Shown here: positions 28,485 to 38,568 of the stretch, in pieces
Numbering within the stretch: position 1 is the first letter of the stretch
Layout of the letters: every line of letters starts with the position of its first letter
From: Planctomycetota bacterium
GTDB taxonomy: Bacteria; Planctomycetota; SZUA-567; H5-PLA8
Length of the DNA stretch: 64,000 nt
NCBI GenBank assembly: GCA_038227875.1
Contig: JBBRPR010000001.1
Span: 282,364 to 346,363 of the forward strand
Reading direction: 5' to 3'
Notes under the pieces: generated by a model
The model's database searches: none
Told to the model about the DNA's origin: nothing
Seen by the model: the letters and a program-made list of their open reading frames with translations, nothing else
Position numbers and translations under genes: made by a program

Positions 28485-30272
28485 CTACTTCCCATGCGGG
28501 AAGATCAGCATGAAAATAATCAGGATCACCACCGGAACGATCAGCGCGCAGATCAGAAGCCGATTGGCCCGTGCGCCGGCTTCGAGGGGCTTGGCCTGCT
28601 TCAGCCGCTCGTGGCGGCCGGTAAGCTGCACGCGCTCCAGGTTATCGAGCTCTTGCTTCATCTCCGCGGCGGAGGCATAGCGGTCGGCGGGGTTGCGGGC
28701 CATGGCGTGGAGGACGATCTCTTCGACCTGCGGCGAGAGCTTGGCGTTGATGCTGCGCAGCGCGATCGGATCGCTGACCAGACGTACATTCATGATCGTG
28801 TACGGATTGTCGCCTTCAAACGGCGTCTTGCCGGTGAGCAGTTCGTAGAGGATCGCTCCGAGGCTGTAGATGTCCGTGCGTTCGTCGCCGCGCTGGCCCT
28901 TTACCTGTTCGGGCGCCATGTAATCGGGCGTGCCCATCGTCGGCGAAAATCCGGCGAAGGTGATGCGGCGCAGCCCGGTGGCCTTGGCGATGCCGAAGTC
29001 CATCACCCGCAGCGTGCCGTCGTCGCAGAGCATGATGTTGTCGGGCTTCAGGTCGCGGTGGATCACGTTCATGCGGCGGCGGTGCATGTAATCGAGCGCA
29101 TCGGCCAGGCGGCTGCCGATGGCGATGGCGTCGGTCTCCGGCAGAGGCTTGACCTTGCGCAGCAGCTGGGCGAGCGTCTGGCCCTGGAGGTATTCCATGG
29201 CGATGTACGGGCGGCTCTTGTTGGGCATCGGGATGATGTGAAGGATGTACGGGTGTTCCAGCGTGCGCCCAATTTCTTCCTCGCGTTCGAAGCGTGAAAA
29301 AAAGGCCGGGTCGCTTTCGTACTGAAGCAGCGGAACTTTGACGGCGACGGTTTTCTTCGTCTCCAGGTCGTTGGCCTTGAAAATCGTGGCCATGCCACTG
29401 CGGCTGATCACGTCGGTGATTTCGAAACGTGAATCCAGCGTCTGTCCAACTTGAACTTCGTGTCCCATGGTCGGTTCGGCGCCTTTGATGTGAAAGGGAG
29501 TGCCGCGGTGATACGCGACGGGATAGACGCGGTCAATGCGGACGACTTGCGTGGAAATGTTGTCTTCGGTGCCGTTCCGTTCCGCCAGCCGGATCAGAAA
29601 GCGGCAGGCATCCTGCGGCGCGTAAAGAATCGCGGCCTCGGCCAGTTCGTCATCCGAAACCACGCCGTGGACGCCGTCGCAGCAGGTCACGACCAGATCG
29701 TCGCGGGCGACCAGATGGACGTCGATGTCCGGCGTGACCATCATTTCCTGCCCGATGCTCCGCGTCAGCACCGAGCGCAATTCGCTGGCCATGGCTTCTT
29801 CCGGGGTCAGCAGGCCCATTTTCTGCTGCAGCCGCACGTACGAGTGGTCGGTGGTCAGGCAGCGCGGCTTGCCTTTGCGGATCAGATAACAGCGGCAGTC
29901 GCCGACGTGGCCGATGGCCATTTCGTTGTTGCGGAAGATGGCGACCGTCAGCGTCGTCGACATCCGCCCGCCGGTGGTGTCCTTCATGCCTTCATCGTAA
30001 ACGACGGTGTTGGACTGCGTGAAGATGGTGGAGAGAACCTGGCGTAACGGCGCGTCGGGCGGGCATTCCTGAAACGTTTTCAGTGCTGTTTCGACGGCGA
30101 GTTTGCTGGCGACTTCGCCGCGGCCGTGGCCGCCGACTCCATCCGCAATCACGACGACGATGCCACGGCGCAGTTTGTCTTCGGGCTTCTCCGGCTGCCA
30201 GACCGCGAGGTAATCCTCGTTGTTGGTGCGGACAGGTCCGGTGCTGGAGAGTTCAGCGTAGGCGAGATCCAT
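28485..30272 (-). CDS. Bifunctional PP2C phosphatase / Hanks Ser/Thr kinase with C-terminal TM
   Basis: NED, ADGVGG, HVGD, CCDG, EDN; VAVK, HRDLKPDN, DFG, MAPEQ. Confidence 0.93.
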   Translation of the reverse strand: MDLAYAELSSTGPVRTNNEDYLAVWQPEKPEDKLRRGIVVVIADGVGGHGRGEVASKLAVETALKTFQECPPDAPLRQVLSTIFTQSNTVVYDEGMKDTTGGRMSTTLTVAIFRNNEMAIGHVGDCRCYLIRKGKPRCLTTDHSYVRLQQKMGLLTPEEAMASELRSVLTRSIGQEMMVTPDIDVHLVARDDLVVTCCDGVHGVVSDDELAEAAILYAPQDACRFLIRLAERNGTEDNISTQVVRIDRVYPVAYHRGTPFHIKGAEPTMGHEVQVGQTLDSRFEITDVISRSGMATIFKANDLETKKTVAVKVPLLQYESDPAFFSRFEREEEIGRTLEHPYILHIIPMPNKSRPYIAMEYLQGQTLAQLLRKVKPLPETDAIAIGSRLADALDYMHRRRMNVIHRDLKPDNIMLCDDGTLRVMDFGIAKATGLRRITFAGFSPTMGTPDYMAPEQVKGQRGDERTDIYSLGAILYELLTGKTPFEGDNPYTIMNVRLVSDPIALRSINAKLSPQVEEIVLHAMARNPADRYASAAEMKQELDNLERVQLTGRHERLKQAKPLEAGARANRLLICALIVPVVILIIFMLIFPHGK

Positions 30273-30604
30273 GGCGGAGCTACACTAGCAAATCCTGTTC
30301 AGCGTGGCCAGACACGCTCGCAAAAACAGCACTATGCCGAGCGCTAGTGATACAAATGGATTAATTAGCATCAGATTAAATCAGACATGAATATCTTCGG
30401 TGTGTTTCAACTGGTGAAAATTGATCACTTTAATCCGCTTTTAACACGCACAGGTTCATTTCAAACACTTTCACAATATCGGACAAACATGAGGCAGCGA
30501 CACGGGTTAGCAGTCAATTCTTGCTTGGCACAGCATTTGGATTTCACACCAAAACCGAAACGTAACTCTGTGGGGTTACCAAACGCTTTTGGAAGGAGAG
30601 ATCT

Positions 30605-32656
30605 GTGGAATCGAATGACGCAGGTTCCGGTGGCTCGACGCCCTCGAAAGCCACGCTGGGGCTGACGGGGTTGACGATCAACGCGATGGCGTTGATTGCG
30701 CCCGGCGCGTTCTTGTGGCTGACGTATGCAATGCAGTCCCTGTATGGCGCGCCGATGGCCGGCTCAGGCATGTGGTTTGGAATTGTGGTGGCTCTGGCGC
30801 TGTGCTTCGCGACGGCCATCGCGTACGCCGAATTGTCCAAGCTCTATCCCGGCGCGGGATCGTCGTACTTCTTCGCCGAACAGGCGTTTTTGTCGAAAAC
30901 GAAGTACGCCAAGTTCGCCCGCGTGGCCAAGTTCGTGACCGGCTGGGCGAGCCATCTTTACTACTGGGTCTATCCTGGCGTGATGGTTGGCGTCACGGCG
31001 CTCATCGCCGGCTACCTGATCGGTCAGTTCTGGCCGAACACCTTCAGCCCCGCGATTCCCAGCCCCCTGTTCATGATGGGCTTCTGCGTGCTGTTCTCAT
31101 TCGGCGTGGCCTACATTGCCTTCCGCGGCGTGAACGGCACGACCGGCGTGAACATGGCGATCAACGTCATCCAGATTACCGCGCTGCTGATCTTCTCGTT
31201 CATGGCCATCAGCTACCGTCTCAACCATCCGGAAGGCGCGACCGCGTACACGCTTGATCCCGACGGCGAACCGACCACCGTGGCGCTGCAGAATTTCATG
31301 AAGGACAAGAGCGGCGCCGTGGTGAAGTTCAAGGTTGACGACAAGGGCAATGCGCTGACGTACAAAGTCGACGACAAGGGCGAATTCGTGAAGGATGAGA
31401 AGGGCGCGTTCGTCGCCGATGAAAAAGGCAAGCCGATGCCCGCCGCCGAAGGCGACAAGACCGGCGTGGCATATGTTTTCGACAACGACAATGGCGCCCC
31501 GCTGAAGGACGACGCTGGCAACTGGATCGCGCAGAAGGACGCGGCTGGCAAGGATGTGCCGTTCAAGATTTCCTACGCTCCCGCTGGCGCGATCACCAAC
31601 GATGGCGACCCGGTTGACGCCGCCAAGCCCGACGGCGATAAGCAGCCGCGTTTCCAGTACCACACGTCCGCCGGCTCGGTGACTGCGCCGCATACGTTCA
31701 GCTACGCGATCATCCAGGCCTGCGTTGCGATTCTGATTCTCGTCGGCTTCGAATCGGTGACCGCGATGGGCGAAGAAGCGAAGAACGCCAAGCGCGACAT
31801 TCCCCGCGCCGTGCTGCTGTCGCTGGGTATCCAGGGTATCTTCTGTTACCTGATCGAATACTTCGCCGCGAATTACTTCCTGAACAGCGGTTACACGATG
31901 ACCACTGCCGCCGGTTCGGCCGCGCCGCTGGGCGACATGATGAAAATCGTCGGCGCGTGGTTCTTCAACAGCAAGTCCGGCGGCGACTGGTTCATGCTGG
32001 CGCAGGGATTCAGCGTGTTCCTGGCGCTGATCGGCACGACGCTCTCCTGCATGAGCACCGGCGCGCGCGTGACCTACGCGATGGGCCGCGATGAAGAAGT
32101 GCCGTCGCACTTCGGCATGGTGCACGGCAAGAACCTGACCCCGCACCGCGCGATCTGGACACTGGCGACGATCTCCGCCGTCATCGGCATCGTCTGCGTC
32201 GCGTTCAACTTCTGCGGACCTGCCGCGCAGAGTGACGAGACGATCAAGAACCTGCCACAGAATGCCTGGTACAGCTTCGGACTGTTCAGCAACGCGTTGG
32301 CGGTGAAACTGCCGCAGAGCATGCTGATGATGACGCTGGTCAGCAACTTCGGTACGTTCCTGCTGTACATGCTCACCTGCCTGACGGCGATGATCGCCTT
32401 CCAGGAACACCACACGTTCAGCGGCTTCAAACACATGTTCATCCCGATCTTCGGATTGGTGGCGAACCTGGCGTGCATGGTGTTCTACCTGGTCGGACCG
32501 TTCATGGTGACGGGCATGAGCAAGATGGAACCGTGGTTGGCGCTGGGCATTGCGGGAGTCTGGGGCGCGTACGGCGGCTTCTACTTCCTGGCGTCGAGCA
32601 AGAAGAAGGGCAAGGCGGTGATGCTTGAAACCGCGACGCCCGTGAAAGCCTCGTAA
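30605..32656 (+). CDS. APC family permease with a large hydrophilic loop insertion
   Basis: YAEL..LYPGAGSSY, LVGFES, EEAKNAKRDIPRA, ARVTYAMGRD, TPHRAI; about 12 TMs. Confidence 0.9.
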   Translation: MESNDAGSGGSTPSKATLGLTGLTINAMALIAPGAFLWLTYAMQSLYGAPMAGSGMWFGIVVALALCFATAIAYAELSKLYPGAGSSYFFAEQAFLSKTKYAKFARVAKFVTGWASHLYYWVYPGVMVGVTALIAGYLIGQFWPNTFSPAIPSPLFMMGFCVLFSFGVAYIAFRGVNGTTGVNMAINVIQITALLIFSFMAISYRLNHPEGATAYTLDPDGEPTTVALQNFMKDKSGAVVKFKVDDKGNALTYKVDDKGEFVKDEKGAFVADEKGKPMPAAEGDKTGVAYVFDNDNGAPLKDDAGNWIAQKDAAGKDVPFKISYAPAGAITNDGDPVDAAKPDGDKQPRFQYHTSAGSVTAPHTFSYAIIQACVAILILVGFESVTAMGEEAKNAKRDIPRAVLLSLGIQGIFCYLIEYFAANYFLNSGYTMTTAAGSAAPLGDMMKIVGAWFFNSKSGGDWFMLAQGFSVFLALIGTTLSCMSTGARVTYAMGRDEEVPSHFGMVHGKNLTPHRAIWTLATISAVIGIVCVAFNFCGPAAQSDETIKNLPQNAWYSFGLFSNALAVKLPQSMLMMTLVSNFGTFLLYMLTCLTAMIAFQEHHTFSGFKHMFIPIFGLVANLACMVFYLVGPFMVTGMSKMEPWLALGIAGVWGAYGGFYFLASSKKKGKAVMLETATPVKAS

Positions 32657-32685
32657 TCTGTAACGGAAGTTCTGGTGTGCAGTGC

Positions 32686-32724
32686 GAAGCGGCTCTGGCG
32701 GAAGTCAGAGCCGCTTCTGTTTTT
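32686..32724 (+). terminator. Intrinsic terminator after the APC permease
   Basis: GAAGCGGCTCTGGC-ggaa-GTCAGAGCCGCTTC followed by TGTTTTT. Confidence 0.85.
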
Positions 32725-32843
32725 CGACAATCAGACGCCCCCTTGCGCAGACTACGTATTGGACCCCGCCGCTTGATCACGATATAGTCATGCATCCTTG
32801 TAAATAAAAAGCACGACCCCTGGCCAGTATGGAAACTCTTGCA

Positions 32844-33452
32844 ATGCCGAGCATCTATGGCCTCAAACCGGCATTTCAGAAACTCCTTCGGCCCCTCAAT
32901 GGATTTCTAGTACGCGCGGGAGTCACTGCTAATCATGTCACCCTTGCGGCGTTGCTGCTCTCGTTTGCAACTGGCGCGGCGCTACTCTGCGAACGCGAGG
33001 CGCGGTGGCCGTTAATTTTGATTGCACCGGTGCTGTTTATTCGCATGGCGTTGAATGCGATCGACGGCATGCTGGCGCGTGAACACAACATGAAAACGCC
33101 GCTGGGCGCGATTCTCAACGAGCTCGGGGACGTGTTGTCCGATGCCGCACTGTACCTGCCGTTGGCTCTAAGGCCTTCGGTCTGTCCCTGGCTGATGGTG
33201 TCGGCAGTGGTACTTGGCATTATCAGTGAGATGACCGGTGTGATCGGTGTCCAGATTGGTGGCGACCGGCGCTACGATGGCCCCATGGGGAAAAGCGATC
33301 GTGCGTTCGTCTTCGGCGCGATGGCGCTCGCGATTGCTTTCGCACATCCCGATCGGTTGTGGCTGGAGGTGCTGCTCGGCATCGTCAATGTGTTGCTGAT
33401 CGTGACCATACTAAACCGCGCGCGGGGCGCGCTGAAGAAAGTGACGCTGTAG
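32844..33452 (+). CDS. CDP-alcohol phosphatidyltransferase (YnbA-like)
   Basis: TANHVT, RMALNAIDGMLARE..TPLGAILNELGDVLSD, GPMGKSDR; start 32829 or 32844. Confidence 0.9.
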   Translation: MPSIYGLKPAFQKLLRPLNGFLVRAGVTANHVTLAALLLSFATGAALLCEREARWPLILIAPVLFIRMALNAIDGMLAREHNMKTPLGAILNELGDVLSDAALYLPLALRPSVCPWLMVSAVVLGIISEMTGVIGVQIGGDRRYDGPMGKSDRAFVFGAMALAIAFAHPDRLWLEVLLGIVNVLLIVTILNRARGALKKVTL

Positions 33453-33521
33453 CAGCCCGTTAGCGAACTCGTCCAACGCCGTGGATTTTACGCCAAGCGG
33501 TTCACGGAAAGGATATCCGGA

Positions 33522-34484
33522 ATGGAATTGTTAAACGGACTGGTGGTGTGGCGTGAACTGAAACCCAATACTGCTTGGGCGCTTTGCGGTGTGATCACCT
33601 TGCTGGTGGCCGGTTCACTCGCGGTGCGGGTGTTGCGCGTGCTGCGTCCGCAGAAGGATTTCACGGAGCTTCGGCTGCGGGTGCGAACGTGGTGGGTCAT
33701 GGCGGGGCTGTTCGTGCTGGCCCTGGCGTTGAAGGATACGTATGCGATCTGCTTTTTTGGCTTCATTAGCTTTCTGGCGCTGAAAGAATTCCTGTCCTTG
33801 ATCCCGACGCGCCGTGCAGACCGGCGCGTGCTATTCTGGGCGTATCTTGCCATTCCCTTTCAATATTACTGGGTGAGCATTGGCTGGTATGGGATGTTCA
33901 TTGCCTTCATTCCGGTCTTTGTCTTTATTGCGCTTCCGGTGCGGATGGTGATGATTGGCGAGACGTCCGGATTTATCCGGGCCGTCGGCACGCTGCATTG
34001 GGGGTTAATGACGACGGTCTTCACCCTCAGTCACATCGCCTATCTCCTGGTGCTTCCAATGGCAGGTAATCCAGTCGCGGGCGGAGCCGGCCTGGTGCTT
34101 TATCTGGTCGGCCTGACGCAACTTAATGACGTCGCGCAATACTGCTGGGGTAAGTCGTTCGGCAAACATAAGGTCATTCCGCTGGTCAGCCCCAATAAGA
34201 CTTGGGAGGGTTTGATCGGCGGCATCGCCACCACCACCGCATTGGCTGTCGCGCTCGCGCCCGTTCTGACCCCCTTGACCCGTCGTGAAGCATTGCTGGC
34301 GGGCTTGATCATCGGCCCTGGTGGATTTTTGGGCGACGCAACGATCGCGTCGTTCAAACGGGATTTGGGAATCAAAGACAGCGGCAGCATCCTGCCGGGC
34401 CACGGTGGAATCCTGGACCGCGTCAACAGCCTCACGTTTACGGCGCCGCTCTTTTTTCACTACATCTGGTACACGCATTTTTAA
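33522..34484 (+). CDS. Phosphatidate cytidylyltransferase (YnbB/CdsA-like)
   Basis: NDVAQY..GK.FGK, SPNKTWEG, SFKRDLGIKDSG.ILPGHGGILDR. Confidence 0.93.
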   Translation: MELLNGLVVWRELKPNTAWALCGVITLLVAGSLAVRVLRVLRPQKDFTELRLRVRTWWVMAGLFVLALALKDTYAICFFGFISFLALKEFLSLIPTRRADRRVLFWAYLAIPFQYYWVSIGWYGMFIAFIPVFVFIALPVRMVMIGETSGFIRAVGTLHWGLMTTVFTLSHIAYLLVLPMAGNPVAGGAGLVLYLVGLTQLNDVAQYCWGKSFGKHKVIPLVSPNKTWEGLIGGIATTTALAVALAPVLTPLTRREALLAGLIIGPGGFLGDATIASFKRDLGIKDSGSILPGHGGILDRVNSLTFTAPLFFHYIWYTHF

Positions 34485-34498
34485 AGCGGAGCGGACCG

Positions 34499-35140
34499 AT
34501 GTCGCGAATCTTACGGCCATTGTTCTTTCTGATTGTCGTCCGGCCACTGGTGCTGATCGTGCTCGGACTGAATATTCGCCGCCGCGAACTTCTTCCTGCA
34601 ACCGGGCCGGTGATTCTCGTGGCCAATCACAACAGTCATCTGGACACGATGGTTCTGATGACGCTTTTTCCACTATCACTTTTGCCGAGACTGCGGCCTG
34701 TGGCGGCGGCCGATTACTTTCTGAGCAACCGTCTGCTGGCTTGGTTTGCGCTCAACATCATCCAGATTGTGCCGTTGAAGCGTGGCGCGCCGGTGCGCGG
34801 CGAGGATCCACTTCAAACCTGCAACGAGGCGCTGGAGCGCGGAGATATCCTGATTCTCTTTCCTGAAGGCACGCGGGGTGATCCGGAGAAGCTAACGAAT
34901 TTCAAGAGCGGCGTGGCTCATCTGGCCAAGCGCCATCCAGACATTCCCGTTGTCCCCATCTTCCTGCACGGACTGGGCAAGGCCTTGCCGAAGGGCGAGG
35001 CGCTGATCGTCCCGTTTTTTTGTGATGTGTTTGTCGGCGAGAAAATCGGCTGGACTGGCGACCGGCAGACGTTCATGAACACGCTGGAATCCAGTATCAA
35101 AAACCTGGCGGAAGAAGGGCATTTTACGCCGTGGAACTGA
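34499..35140 (+). CDS. Lysophospholipid acyltransferase (PlsC family)
   Basis: ANHNSHLD (HX4D), AAADYF, FPEGTR. Confidence 0.92.
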   Translation: MSRILRPLFFLIVVRPLVLIVLGLNIRRRELLPATGPVILVANHNSHLDTMVLMTLFPLSLLPRLRPVAAADYFLSNRLLAWFALNIIQIVPLKRGAPVRGEDPLQTCNEALERGDILILFPEGTRGDPEKLTNFKSGVAHLAKRHPDIPVVPIFLHGLGKALPKGEALIVPFFCDVFVGEKIGWTGDRQTFMNTLESSIKNLAEEGHFTPWN

Positions 35141-35150
35141 GGTTGAATTC

Positions 35151-36599
35151 ATGAGCGGCAATTTCAAGCTGACCCATCTCGGTTCCCAGACCGGCGCGGA
35201 GGCGACGGCTGTTCGCGCGGAGCGCAACGTATCCGCCTACGCGAAATTTCTAGCCGCGCATACCTTCGAGCGGGAAAAAGGGTTCGCGGCGCGTCCGTTC
35301 GTCGACAAGAAGAGCTACCTGACCGCATACAACTTCGCGGAACTACTCGGCGACGACTTCGACCGGACTTTCACGATATTCAAATCGTCGGGATCGTCCG
35401 GACAGGCCTTCTATTGGCCGCAACTGAAAGACGCGCACCGGTCATCGAGCGATTCGCTCCGCCGGCTGCTGGAGGGATCGTTCGCGATTCACCAGCGGCG
35501 CACGCTCGCGATTGTTGGTCTGGCGCTGGGGAGTTGGATTGGCGGGGAGCACTTCTCCTGGGTGCTGAAAAGCATGGCGGTGGAATCGCCGTACCCGTTC
35601 TCGGTATTCTCGCCGGGCAGTTGTCACGATGAAATCATCGAGATGGCGCGGCGCGCCAGCCCGTTTGTCGATCAGATTATTCTGTTTGTCTGTCCGTCCG
35701 CGATCGCTCATTTGATCCTCCGAGCCGAACAAACTCAGCGACCGCTGCCACTGGCGAAAATGCGATACATCGTCATCGGCGAGCCATTCCCCGAAAGTGT
35801 GCGCCTGTCGCTACAGCGCAAGTCCGGTGTCGCGGGCGCGGAACCGGTTCTGCTCTCGGTCTACGGAAGCGCGGACACCGGCGCACTGGGCTTTGAATCG
35901 CCAGCGTCCATTGCGCTGCGCCAAATCCTGAACGAAAACCGCCAGCTCGCCACGGATCTGGGCGCCAGCGGACCGGTGCCTCATTTCTTTCATTGCTGCG
36001 CCCCCGATGCCTTTATCGAAAGCGTGAACGGTGAACTCTGCATCACCCGCTGGCAGGGCATTCCGCTCGTCCGCTACAATCTTCACGACAGCGTGCTTCT
36101 TTACGCCTGGCCGGCATTGCGTCAGCGGTTGCTGGCTGAATCCTGCGATCCCATCTTGAAATCCGTGATTGAGGCCGCGCCCGAACTTCCCGACCTGATT
36201 GCAATTCCCGGGCGTTCGGATAACTGCCTGATCCTCTGCGGCAGCAACATCTCCGAAACCATGCTCGACGCCGCGGTCCGCTCCGAGGAACTCTCGGCTT
36301 GGCTGACGGGAATGTATAAAGCACGCGTCATTCTGGACGATGAACGCCAGTACTTGGAACTCGCGCTGGAATTCAAGAGCGGAGCGGCGGCCAATCGCGA
36401 GAACATCGATGCCGTTTACCGCGCGCTGGTTCAGACCCTTGGGCGCGAGCAACCGGAATTCCTGGACGATTGGCGGAACGTGTATTGCAAGTGGGATGAT
36501 GATCCGCCGCGGCGCATTCTGAGGCTCCATTGCGTCGCATGGCCGGAACTCTCGCGAGGCACCGAGAAGGAAATCAAGCAGCGGGGCATCCGCACATGA
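35151..36599 (+). CDS. Phenylacetate-CoA-ligase-like adenylate-forming enzyme 1
   Basis: SSGSSG loop, GEPF, YGSADTG, PLVRYNLHD, GRSD. Confidence 0.8.
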   Translation: MSGNFKLTHLGSQTGAEATAVRAERNVSAYAKFLAAHTFEREKGFAARPFVDKKSYLTAYNFAELLGDDFDRTFTIFKSSGSSGQAFYWPQLKDAHRSSSDSLRRLLEGSFAIHQRRTLAIVGLALGSWIGGEHFSWVLKSMAVESPYPFSVFSPGSCHDEIIEMARRASPFVDQIILFVCPSAIAHLILRAEQTQRPLPLAKMRYIVIGEPFPESVRLSLQRKSGVAGAEPVLLSVYGSADTGALGFESPASIALRQILNENRQLATDLGASGPVPHFFHCCAPDAFIESVNGELCITRWQGIPLVRYNLHDSVLLYAWPALRQRLLAESCDPILKSVIEAAPELPDLIAIPGRSDNCLILCGSNISETMLDAAVRSEELSAWLTGMYKARVILDDERQYLELALEFKSGAAANRENIDAVYRALVQTLGREQPEFLDDWRNVYCKWDDDPPRRILRLHCVAWPELSRGTEKEIKQRGIRT

Positions 36600-37186
36600 A
36601 CGATCCAGAGTCTGGCGCCGACAATAACAGATGGATGCGCTGGCTGCTGGGCGTGCCGGGACTCGCCGTTGGATTTCTGTGGGGCGCGGCAGAAGGTAGC
36701 TTCTTCTTCATCATCCCCGATCTGATTATCACGTTAGTTGCGTTGTTCTCGTTTAAACGCTCACTGCTGCAAATTGCCGCGGTACTTGCCGGATCCCTCC
36801 TTGCCGGAGCGAGCATGTACGCGTGGGGCCAGGCGAGTCCTGATGCGGCGAAGGATGCGGTGAAGAGAGTTCCGTTTGTGCGCGGGAGCATGTTCGAAAA
36901 AACGCAGCGTGATTTTGAATCCTCGGGCGCCTGGGCTCTGTGTGCGGGTCCGATGTCAGGCATTCCCTATAAAGTTTACGCGATTCAAGCTCCGGCCTAT
37001 TGCTCGCTGCCGGCTTTTCTGCTCGCCAGCATCCCTGCACGGCTGGAACGATTTGTCATGGCCTGGGCCGTGTTCGCCGTGGTGGGATGGTTCCTGAGGC
37101 GCCGCAAGAAAGGGCCGGCAGCGGCTTTGGTCTTCTTTTCGGTTTACTGGACGGCCGTGTACGCGGTCTACTGGAGCACGATCTGA
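36596..37186 (+). CDS. YqaA/DedA-like membrane protein
   Basis: AEGSFFFIIPD, GSLLAG..MYAWG, GIPYKVY, RLERF; ATGA overlap with upstream gene. Confidence 0.72.
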   Translation: MNDPESGADNNRWMRWLLGVPGLAVGFLWGAAEGSFFFIIPDLIITLVALFSFKRSLLQIAAVLAGSLLAGASMYAWGQASPDAAKDAVKRVPFVRGSMFEKTQRDFESSGAWALCAGPMSGIPYKVYAIQAPAYCSLPAFLLASIPARLERFVMAWAVFAVVGWFLRRRKKGPAAALVFFSVYWTAVYAVYWSTI

Positions 37187-37225
37187 ACAGGGCGCGATGG
37201 GCATGCGCCCCGCCGGAGCCGTAAG

Positions 37226-38536
37226 ATGCGTAATTTGAAGTTCAACGAAGTCATCAACGTCGCGGCTCATATGCTGACGCGTGGGCGGTTGTTGAAGAAG
37301 ACGCCGTTCTATTCCCTGGACGAAATGCAGCATTGGCAGCTCAACCGGATTCGTGAGGGCGTCGAACACGCTTATGCCCACATTCCATTTTACCATGATC
37401 ATTACACGGAGGCGGGCTTCAAGCCCGGCGATCTAAAGTCGTGGGATGATTTTCGGCGACTGCCGTGCGTGACTAAAGATCAGGTGATTGCGAACTATCC
37501 GCAGCGCATGTTACGTTCCGGTTTCAACCTGGATGAATTGATCGTCTCGCGGAGCAGCGGTTCCAGCGGCAAGGTGCTCGATATCGCTTACGACAGTACG
37601 GCCATGATGACATTCGTTCTCGCCGGCCTCCGTCTGTACAAGATGTGCTTCACGTACCGACCGTGGCATAAGCAGGCGTACGTTTACACCTCGCCTTACC
37701 CGATGAATTCACTGATGGGACTTTATCCGCTCCACTTTCTCTCCACGCTGACACCGGTGAATGAAATTCTCGCGACACTGAAGAAGCTCAAGCCGGAATT
37801 GCTGGTCTGTTATCCGTCGCATTTGCGGCAGATCGTACAGGCGGCGACTGCCGGAGATCTCGCTGCGATCCGGCCTCGGGCCGTCTCGGTGAATTCCGAA
37901 ATGTCCACTCAGGCGGAGCGCGATTATCTAAGCGCACAACTTCAGTGTCCGGTGCTCGACGAGTATTCGTCGGAAGAACTCACGCGAATCGCGGCACAAT
38001 GCTGCCACAAGACATATCACTTGTTTGAAGATATCAATTACATGGAGACGTTGGATGCAAACGGCCGCCAAACGGGCGGAGTGGGAACCCTTGTCGGCAC
38101 AAATCTTCACAACACGGCCATGCCGATGATCCGCTACCAGCAGAACGATCTGGGTAAAATCGAGGAGACGGATTGCGCCTGCGGCTGGAAATTCCGCAGG
38201 CTGCTCAATTTTGAAGGCCGCCGGAACGACAGTTTCGTGCTGCCATCCGGAAAGCTGCTTTCTTCCGGATTCCTACTGGATGCGACGTACGATTTTCTGC
38301 TGAACCATCGTACCGCCATCCGTGACTTTTGTCTGATTCAACGGAACCAGACTCAAATTTCACTGCAGATTGTCCCGGGCGAAGGCTGGAGCGGGAACGT
38401 CAGCCAGAGTATCTCCGCGCGATTCCAGGAATTTCTGGAGCCTGCCGTAAAATTTGAAATTCAAGTGGTGGAGCAATGCGAGAAGACCCGCACGGGCAAG
38501 CGGAATCCGATCATCAACTTGATGAATCGAACCTGA
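37226..38536 (+). CDS. Phenylacetate-CoA-ligase-like adenylate-forming enzyme 2
   Basis: PFY, LPCVTK, SSGSSG, YPS, YSSEE, TNLHNTAMPMIRY, CACG, GRRND, TGK. Confidence 0.85.
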   Translation: MRNLKFNEVINVAAHMLTRGRLLKKTPFYSLDEMQHWQLNRIREGVEHAYAHIPFYHDHYTEAGFKPGDLKSWDDFRRLPCVTKDQVIANYPQRMLRSGFNLDELIVSRSSGSSGKVLDIAYDSTAMMTFVLAGLRLYKMCFTYRPWHKQAYVYTSPYPMNSLMGLYPLHFLSTLTPVNEILATLKKLKPELLVCYPSHLRQIVQAATAGDLAAIRPRAVSVNSEMSTQAERDYLSAQLQCPVLDEYSSEELTRIAAQCCHKTYHLFEDINYMETLDANGRQTGGVGTLVGTNLHNTAMPMIRYQQNDLGKIEETDCACGWKFRRLLNFEGRRNDSFVLPSGKLLSSGFLLDATYDFLLNHRTAIRDFCLIQRNQTQISLQIVPGEGWSGNVSQSISARFQEFLEPAVKFEIQVVEQCEKTRTGKRNPIINLMNRT

Positions 38537-38568
38537 TAGATTTACTTTGGCGGGGATTACTGCTCCAA

